The notes below the pieces were generated by a model that worked only from the letters and a program-made list of their open reading frames with translations, was not told the DNA's origin and made no database searches. A program made the position numbers and the translations under genes. 64,000 nucleotides of DNA. Origin: an uncultured bacterium. GTDB taxonomy: Bacteria > Armatimonadota > UBA5829 > DTLH01. Shown piece by piece: positions 58,564 to 64,000 of the stretch; the stretch's first letter is position 1; the number at the start of each line of letters is the position of its first letter. The DNA lies in the NCBI GenBank assembly GCA_964497515.1, contig CAZCCV010000009.1:643-64642 (forward strand). Direction: 5' to 3'.

Positions 58564-59157
58564 ATGACTCGACTAATACTAGCTTCAGCTTCACCGAGGC
58601 GGAAGGAACTGCTCGCGCTGATATGCAGTCAGTATGAAGTAGCCCCATCCAAGTTCGATGAAGGGCAGGTCAGCGATAGTCTTGATCCAGAGGAACGCGT
58701 GCTGCAATTGGCAAAAGAAAAGGCCTGTGAAGTCGCCGACAGCATTACCGATGGTATAGTGATCGGAGCTGATACCGTGGTTGCAATCGACGGTCAGATA
58801 CTGGGCAAACCGGCAGATGAAGCCGATGCCAGAAGGATGCTCCGACTGCTATCCGGAAGAATACACAAGGTATATACCGGCGTATGCGTAATAGCAGTGG
58901 AAAACGACTATTGTCGCGAGATATTAGATACTGAGTGCACGGAAGTCTCTTTCTCTGAGTTATCGGACGATGTGATCGACCGTTATATATCGACTGGCGA
59001 GCCGCTCGACAAGGCGGGAGGATATGCAATACAGGGTAAGGGCAGCGTCCTGATAAAGGGGATAAATGGGTGTTATTTCAACGTTGTTGGCCTCCCCATT
59101 TACAGGCTCGCGCAGCTTTTGGAAGACATAGGTGTGGAAACGCTGGACTGCGATTGA
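58564..59157 (+). CDS. maf: Maf family nucleoside triphosphate pyrophosphatase
   Basis: LILASASPRRKELL and DKAGGYAIQG motifs. Confidence 0.93.
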   Translation: MTRLILASASPRRKELLALICSQYEVAPSKFDEGQVSDSLDPEERVLQLAKEKACEVADSITDGIVIGADTVVAIDGQILGKPADEADARRMLRLLSGRIHKVYTGVCVIAVENDYCREILDTECTEVSFSELSDDVIDRYISTGEPLDKAGGYAIQGKGSVLIKGINGCYFNVVGLPIYRLAQLLEDIGVETLDCD

Positions 59158-59273
59158 TTTCATTGCACACAATAGCCCAGTCATTGTATTGCGCAATATC
59201 TCAATTAGAATTGTAATATAATGACTATTATTTCGACGCTAACTGAACCGAAAAACAGAGAGGAAGTGATAAG

Positions 59274-60761
59274 ATGGGTACACGAGTATACTTGCTGGCA
59301 ATCGCTTTTGTCCTAATTTTTGCTGCTATTGTTGTTGCTGCATCCTCAGGGACGAGCTTCCGAAAAGGAATCGAACACTACCGAAATGGCGATTTGGTGT
59401 CGGCTACCATCGAGCTTAAGCAGGCTGTGGATACCGATCCACGCAACGCCTCTGCACAAAGCTGGCTGGGATTTGTATTGCTGAAGCAAAACAGAAATGC
59501 AGACGCTGTTGCACATCTCCAGATTGCATCGGAGCTTGCGCCGAAAGACGCTGACGTATGGACCAACCTCGGCTCAGCTTATTTGATTATAGGCGAAAAC
59601 GAAAAGGCCGTTAAGGCTTATGAAGAGGCCAACGCACTTCGTCCAAATTCGGGTGATACAAAGTACAATCTGGCCAATGCCTATCGCCGTGTCGGCAGGC
59701 TATCTGACGCCGAGAGAGTGTTTGCGGAAGCAGCCACAGCCAAACCGACGGACGTGAACATCCTGAACAACCTTGGGATAACACTTCAGGAACTATCGAA
59801 GATAGATGAGGCTATAGCTGTCTTCAGAAGAGCACTGGAAATCGATCCCGATAACACGACAATTCTGACCAACCTGGGCAGTGCACTGCAGGTGAAGGGT
59901 GACAAAGCCGGTGCAAAGAAGGCTTTCAGCAGGCTTTTGGAGCTTGATAGTTCCAACTATTATGCGTATACATCACTCGGAAAGGTTCTGGCTGATGAGG
60001 GAAACACCGATGCTGCCATTGAGCAGTACAGAAAGGCCGCCGAATCAAAACCCGACCAATTTACGGCCAACTACGATCTTGGAGTGCTCCACAGCAGAAT
60101 CGGCAACCATAAAGAGGCTGTAGAGGCTTTCTCTTCTGCAAACAAAATCAAGCCGAACGACATCAATACAATGATCAATTTGGGATGGTCGTTGTTCAAA
60201 TCTGGACGAGTTACCGATGCCATCAACCAGCTCAATCTGGTGATTGATCTGGAGCCAGGCAACCTTGACGTGCACACCAGACTGGCGATTATCTATACTA
60301 CCGAGCTTGAGACGGTTTCGGATGCGACTCTGAAACAGAACTACACCAAGAACGCCATAACTGAATGGGGACACGTATCTCAGATAGATCCGTCGAATGT
60401 GGCGGCTTTCGTCAATATGGCTAATATGTATCTGGACACTAACCAGCACGAAAAGGCTGCCGAAAACTACAGTGCAGCTTTGGAGATCGAACCCAATAAC
60501 CCGCAGGCAGGATTGGGGCTGGGGCTGGTGTATGTAGCTCAGGGAGAACTCGATAAGGCGATAACCCAATACCGGGCGCTAATTAAGACAAATCCGAGTC
60601 TGGCTTCCGCTCACAACAACTTGGGTGTTGCATTGGAGAAGAATGGTCAGGTAGAAGAAGCGAAAGAACACTATCGAAAGGCATTGACGCTCGACCCGAA
60701 TTACTCTGATGCCAAATACAATCTGGAACGATTGAGTCATACAGACAAGCCGAATGGATAA
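59274..60761 (+). CDS. tetratricopeptide repeat protein with N-terminal membrane anchor
   Basis: About 12 TPR units (pattern W..LG..Y...G....A...Y..AL...P) following a TM helix. Confidence 0.85.
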   Translation: MGTRVYLLAIAFVLIFAAIVVAASSGTSFRKGIEHYRNGDLVSATIELKQAVDTDPRNASAQSWLGFVLLKQNRNADAVAHLQIASELAPKDADVWTNLGSAYLIIGENEKAVKAYEEANALRPNSGDTKYNLANAYRRVGRLSDAERVFAEAATAKPTDVNILNNLGITLQELSKIDEAIAVFRRALEIDPDNTTILTNLGSALQVKGDKAGAKKAFSRLLELDSSNYYAYTSLGKVLADEGNTDAAIEQYRKAAESKPDQFTANYDLGVLHSRIGNHKEAVEAFSSANKIKPNDINTMINLGWSLFKSGRVTDAINQLNLVIDLEPGNLDVHTRLAIIYTTELETVSDATLKQNYTKNAITEWGHVSQIDPSNVAAFVNMANMYLDTNQHEKAAENYSAALEIEPNNPQAGLGLGLVYVAQGELDKAITQYRALIKTNPSLASAHNNLGVALEKNGQVEEAKEHYRKALTLDPNYSDAKYNLERLSHTDKPNG

Positions 60762-60770
60762 CACACAGTC

Positions 60771-61640
60771 TTGAAGTCGATAGGACTGATTATTAACCCC
60801 CAGAAAAAAGGGGCTTTGGAGCTTGGCGAGGAACTGTCAAACTGGCTAGGCTCGCGAGGCATAAAGACTCTTGTCGAAGATGAACCGGCTAAGCTGATGA
60901 ACAGGTCAGACCTGGCCGCCAAATCTGACGAAGTCTATTCCACGGATATGGTCGTCGTGTTAGGCGGCGACGGGACGATTCTGAGGGCTGCCCGAACCGC
61001 TGGGCCAAAAGGCACACCGATGTTAGGAGTGCACCTTGGCCAATATGGTTTCATCACTGAGATATATCCGCCGGACGCGAAAGATGCTCTGGAGCGGGTG
61101 TTAGAAGGTGACTACCAGATCAGCGAGCGAATGATGCTCCAAGCCAATCTGTATCGCGGCAGCGAAGTGATCTATAGCGCGGCTGCGCTCAACGATATTG
61201 TAGTCTCGAAGGGGCCATTCGCGCGACTGCTGAACCTGCACACTTTCGTAGATGAAAAACCCATTGCTGTCTATGCAGCCGACGGCATCATTGTATCGAG
61301 TCCCACGGGATCGACGGCATATTCGCTATCGGCAGGTGGACCGGTTATCAATCCAAATGTTGAGGTGATGATGATCATCCCCATCTGCCCGCACACACTG
61401 AATGCACGGTCGTTGGTGATACCCGACGAAGAAAGCGTGCAGATTGTAGGTGAGTGCAGCGATGATGAACACGAAATGATGCTGACAGTCGACGGTCAGT
61501 TAGGGTATAGTATGGAATGCTTCGATCGAGTCGACATTCGCCGCGCTGAGTATACGGCAAAAATCGTCTCTTGGAACCCCATGGGCTTTTACGACAAAAT
61601 CCAGCGGAGGCTGAAATGGGGAGAGAGGTTCAGCACGTAA
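60771..61640 (+). CDS. nadK: NAD(+) kinase
   Basis: GGDGT motif (VVVLGGDGTILRA) and GSTAYSLSAGGP. Confidence 0.93.
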   Translation: MKSIGLIINPQKKGALELGEELSNWLGSRGIKTLVEDEPAKLMNRSDLAAKSDEVYSTDMVVVLGGDGTILRAARTAGPKGTPMLGVHLGQYGFITEIYPPDAKDALERVLEGDYQISERMMLQANLYRGSEVIYSAAALNDIVVSKGPFARLLNLHTFVDEKPIAVYAADGIIVSSPTGSTAYSLSAGGPVINPNVEVMMIIPICPHTLNARSLVIPDEESVQIVGECSDDEHEMMLTVDGQLGYSMECFDRVDIRRAEYTAKIVSWNPMGFYDKIQRRLKWGERFST

Positions 61641-61670
61641 CTCTGGATTAGAGATTTCGGATTCCAGGAC

Positions 61671-63359
61671 ATGCTATCGCACATACAGATCAGGAACTTT
61701 GCGCTGATCGACGATCTCAGCCTGCAACTCGAAGAGGGTTTTAGCGTGCTTACAGGAGAGACAGGCGCAGGGAAATCCATCATAATTGACGCCATCACAG
61801 CGGTTCTTGGGGAACGGCTTTCGGCAGATATGATCCGCACTGGAGCCGATCGTGCGACTGTCGAAGCATCGTTCGACGTTTCAACTAATAGTGCCACGCA
61901 GGCAAAAGCTGCTGAACTAGGCATAGAAATAGAAGATGGGCAGATACTGATCTCACGCGAACTTTTCCAAGGCGGCAAAACACAGGGAAGAATCAACGGG
62001 CGACTGTCGACTATCTCTATGCTGAAAGACCTCACATCCGGGATGATCGACATACACGGTCAGCACGAGCACCAATCGCTCCTCTCTGTCGAACAACACC
62101 TCGAAATCATCGACCAATGGTGCGGAGAATCGGTGACGGAACTCAGAGGCAAAGTGAAGAATTTGCACACTGAGTTGCGGTCGCTGAACTCGGAGCTTGA
62201 ACAACTGAAGAGCGATGAGCGTGAGCGCGCGAGACTTCTTGATCTTTATGAGTTCCAGCGCACGGAAATCAGCAGTGCAAATCTGAGTCCGGGAGAAGAT
62301 GAAGAGCTCCTTCTGGTACGCTCCAGGCTGGCAAACGCGGAACGACTGCGCGAGCTTGCGTGCGGTGTGTACTCTGCAATAAACGGCAGTGAAGGTATTG
62401 AAGGCGGAGCTACCGATATGCTCTCTGCTGCTCTTGTGCAACTGAAGGCTATGGCCGAAGTTGATGAGTCGTTGGCAACTACAGTTCAGGATCTGGAAAC
62501 GGCCTTGTATGCTGCAGAGCAAGCACAATCGGCAGTGCTGACATATCGCGACAGAGTGGAATCCGACCCGTCAGAACTGGAAAGCGTCGAAGACAGGCTG
62601 GATCTGATTAGAACCTTAAAACGCAAGTATGGCGACACAATTGAGGAGATAATCCTCTACGGCAAAAACGTGGCTGCCAAGACGAACGACCTCACCCATA
62701 GCGAGGAGAGGGCTGCCGAGCTCCTTGAAAAGATCGAAAACGTTCAGGACAAAATGCTGGGATCTGCACGCAGGCTTTCTGATGAAAGAAAGGCCGGAGC
62801 GAGCAAGTTCGCTGAAGCGGTGAAAGAGCAGCTAAATGATCTTGCTATGGAAAACACCCAATTTGATGTATCATTTGAAGAAGTATCGCCCAGCGAAAAA
62901 GGTATAGACTCTGCTGAGTTCGTAATATCGCCAAACCCGGGGGAACCGCTGAAACCTTTGGCGAAGATAGCATCAGGTGGTGAGATATCTCGAGTAATGC
63001 TGGCGCTAAAGACTGTAATGGCCGGCGCTGACGCAGTTCCTACACTCATCTTCGATGAGATAGATACCGGAATCGGAGGAAGAACGGCGCAAGTGCTTGG
63101 GCAAAAGCTGCAGGCAGTAGCACAAACAGCACAGGTTCTTTGCGTGACTCATCTACCGCAGATAGCAAGCTGCGCGGACATCCACTATTCTGTAGAAAAG
63201 ACGGTCGAAAATGGAAGGACTGTAGTTCGAATCAACCGAATGGAAGGCGACGGAAGGGTTGAGGAGACCGCACGAATGTTGAGCGGTTCTGAACAGAGCG
63301 TAGCCGCAATCGAACACGCCAAGGATATGCTGGCTGCAGCCGGCCACTATACCCCATAG
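61671..63359 (+). CDS. recN: DNA repair protein RecN
   Basis: Walker A GETGAGKS, a long coiled coil, and C-terminal SGGEISRVMLALK..LIFDEIDTGIGG. Confidence 0.96.
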   Translation: MLSHIQIRNFALIDDLSLQLEEGFSVLTGETGAGKSIIIDAITAVLGERLSADMIRTGADRATVEASFDVSTNSATQAKAAELGIEIEDGQILISRELFQGGKTQGRINGRLSTISMLKDLTSGMIDIHGQHEHQSLLSVEQHLEIIDQWCGESVTELRGKVKNLHTELRSLNSELEQLKSDERERARLLDLYEFQRTEISSANLSPGEDEELLLVRSRLANAERLRELACGVYSAINGSEGIEGGATDMLSAALVQLKAMAEVDESLATTVQDLETALYAAEQAQSAVLTYRDRVESDPSELESVEDRLDLIRTLKRKYGDTIEEIILYGKNVAAKTNDLTHSEERAAELLEKIENVQDKMLGSARRLSDERKAGASKFAEAVKEQLNDLAMENTQFDVSFEEVSPSEKGIDSAEFVISPNPGEPLKPLAKIASGGEISRVMLALKTVMAGADAVPTLIFDEIDTGIGGRTAQVLGQKLQAVAQTAQVLCVTHLPQIASCADIHYSVEKTVENGRTVVRINRMEGDGRVEETARMLSGSEQSVAAIEHAKDMLAAAGHYTP

Positions 63360-63368
63360 CCAACGATC

Positions 63369-64000
63369 TTGAATGTAACCGGCACCCTGAGACTTGATAA
63401 ACGGACAAAGAACCTAGCCACGCGATTGCGGCCTGGAGAGATCGCGCTCATCGACCACGATGACATCGATTCAGTAGCCGCACAGATGCTGATAGAGCGG
63501 CGCGTGGCTGCAGTAGTCAACGCCGGAAAATCCACTTCTGGCAGATATCCGAACCGCGGGCCACAGATGCTGCTTGAAGCTGGCATACCGATTCTCGATG
63601 CAGTTGGACGCGAAGTATTCGACCAACTCCACGAAGGAGATAGCGTAAGCGTCGTAGATGGTGAGATGCTATCGGATGGAATTGTCGTATGTGCCGGCAC
63701 TGAGCTTACAATTGAGCTTGCAAAGGAACTGCTGGAAGAGTCGAAGCTGAACCTGGACACTGAGCTTGAGAGCTTCGCTCAAAACACTCTAGCATACGTG
63801 GTAAATGAAAAGTCTATTCTGTTCGATGATACCAACCTGCCTGCTGTAGATACACGAATAGCCGGGCGGCACGTGCTGATTGTGGTGCGAGGCGAAGATT
63901 ATAAGGACGACCTTACAAGCCTTAGATCATACATACATGAAATGAAGCCGGTGCTGGTAGCAGTGGACGGAGGAGCTGATGCCCTTCTGGAAATGGGGCT
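63369..64000 (+). CDS. steA: putative cytokinetic ring protein SteA, 3' end outside window
   Basis: This gene is not in the ORF track because it has no stop inside the window. My translation from TTG 63369 gives LNVTGTLRLDKRTKNLATRLRPGEIALIDHDDIDSVAAQMLIERRVAAVVNAGKSTSGRYPNRGPQMLLEAGIPILD...GRHVLIVVRG...VAVDGGADALLEMG. That matches the SteA pattern (RTK..RLRPGDIAVIDH.DLD, SGRYPN.GP, GVDGGADAL). Confidence 0.8.
   Translation, partial: MNVTGTLRLDKRTKNLATRLRPGEIALIDHDDIDSVAAQMLIERRVAAVVNAGKSTSGRYPNRGPQMLLEAGIPILDAVGREVFDQLHEGDSVSVVDGEMLSDGIVVCAGTELTIELAKELLEESKLNLDTELESFAQNTLAYVVNEKSILFDDTNLPAVDTRIAGRHVLIVVRGEDYKDDLTSLRSYIHEMKPVLVAVDGGADALLEMG

Noticed and set aside
59274-60761. Periodic pattern that could be mistaken for a DNA repeat array
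   Set aside because: The periodicity is at the protein level (34-residue TPR units) with divergent DNA. It is not a tandem DNA repeat or a CRISPR array.
63347-63760. 137-aa minus-strand ORF, the only track entry in this interval
   Set aside because: The plus strand encodes a clear SteA homolog across the same bases. The minus-strand ORF is a Ser-rich shadow.

Overview
Dense, mostly housekeeping chromosomal segment with no rRNA, tRNA, CRISPR array or transposase that I could recognise. On the minus strand it carries an orphan MalK-like ABC ATPase, nuoA-nuoB-nuoCD, a transglutaminase-like exported protein, a complete F1Fo ATP synthase operon (atpZ-I-B-E-F-H-A-G-D-C), an ADP-forming acyl-CoA synthetase and prfC. 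On the plus strand it carries mfd, nrdR-nrdJ, osmC, a disrupted M60/TCAF-like peptidase, a PEP-CTERM protein, an alkaline phosphatase, and an AbrB-like regulator followed by a TolC-MFP-RND efflux operon. It continues with a dapA-like gene, rpsB-tsf-pyrH-frr, uppS-dxr-rseP-ispG, GNAT, ogt, rapZ-yvcK, maf, a TPR protein and nadK-recN-steA (steA runs off the 3' edge). Two divergent prepilin-type H-X9-DG (DUF1559-like) genes, a PEP-CTERM protein and TolC, combined with actinobacterial-style synteny (nadK-recN-steA, rapZ-yvcK), suggest a diderm Terrabacteria lineage such as Armatimonadota; this is inference only. The stand-out locus is a tightly coupled four-gene minus-strand operon at 1409..5837. 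A 555-aa signal-peptide/TM protein ends in a (Cys-His-Ser-Ala)n tail with 10 Cys and 10 His in its last 48 residues. It is followed by a translationally coupled radical SAM/SPASM enzyme with an N-terminal RRE-like domain, and the pair is flanked by two proteins of unknown function. I interpret this as a candidate undescribed system in which a CXXX-repeat tail of a full-length membrane protein, rather than a small precursor peptide, is the radical SAM substrate or a maturase-dependent metal site. Several ORF-track starts were revised using Shine-Dalgarno context, and one gene absent from the track (steA) was added.
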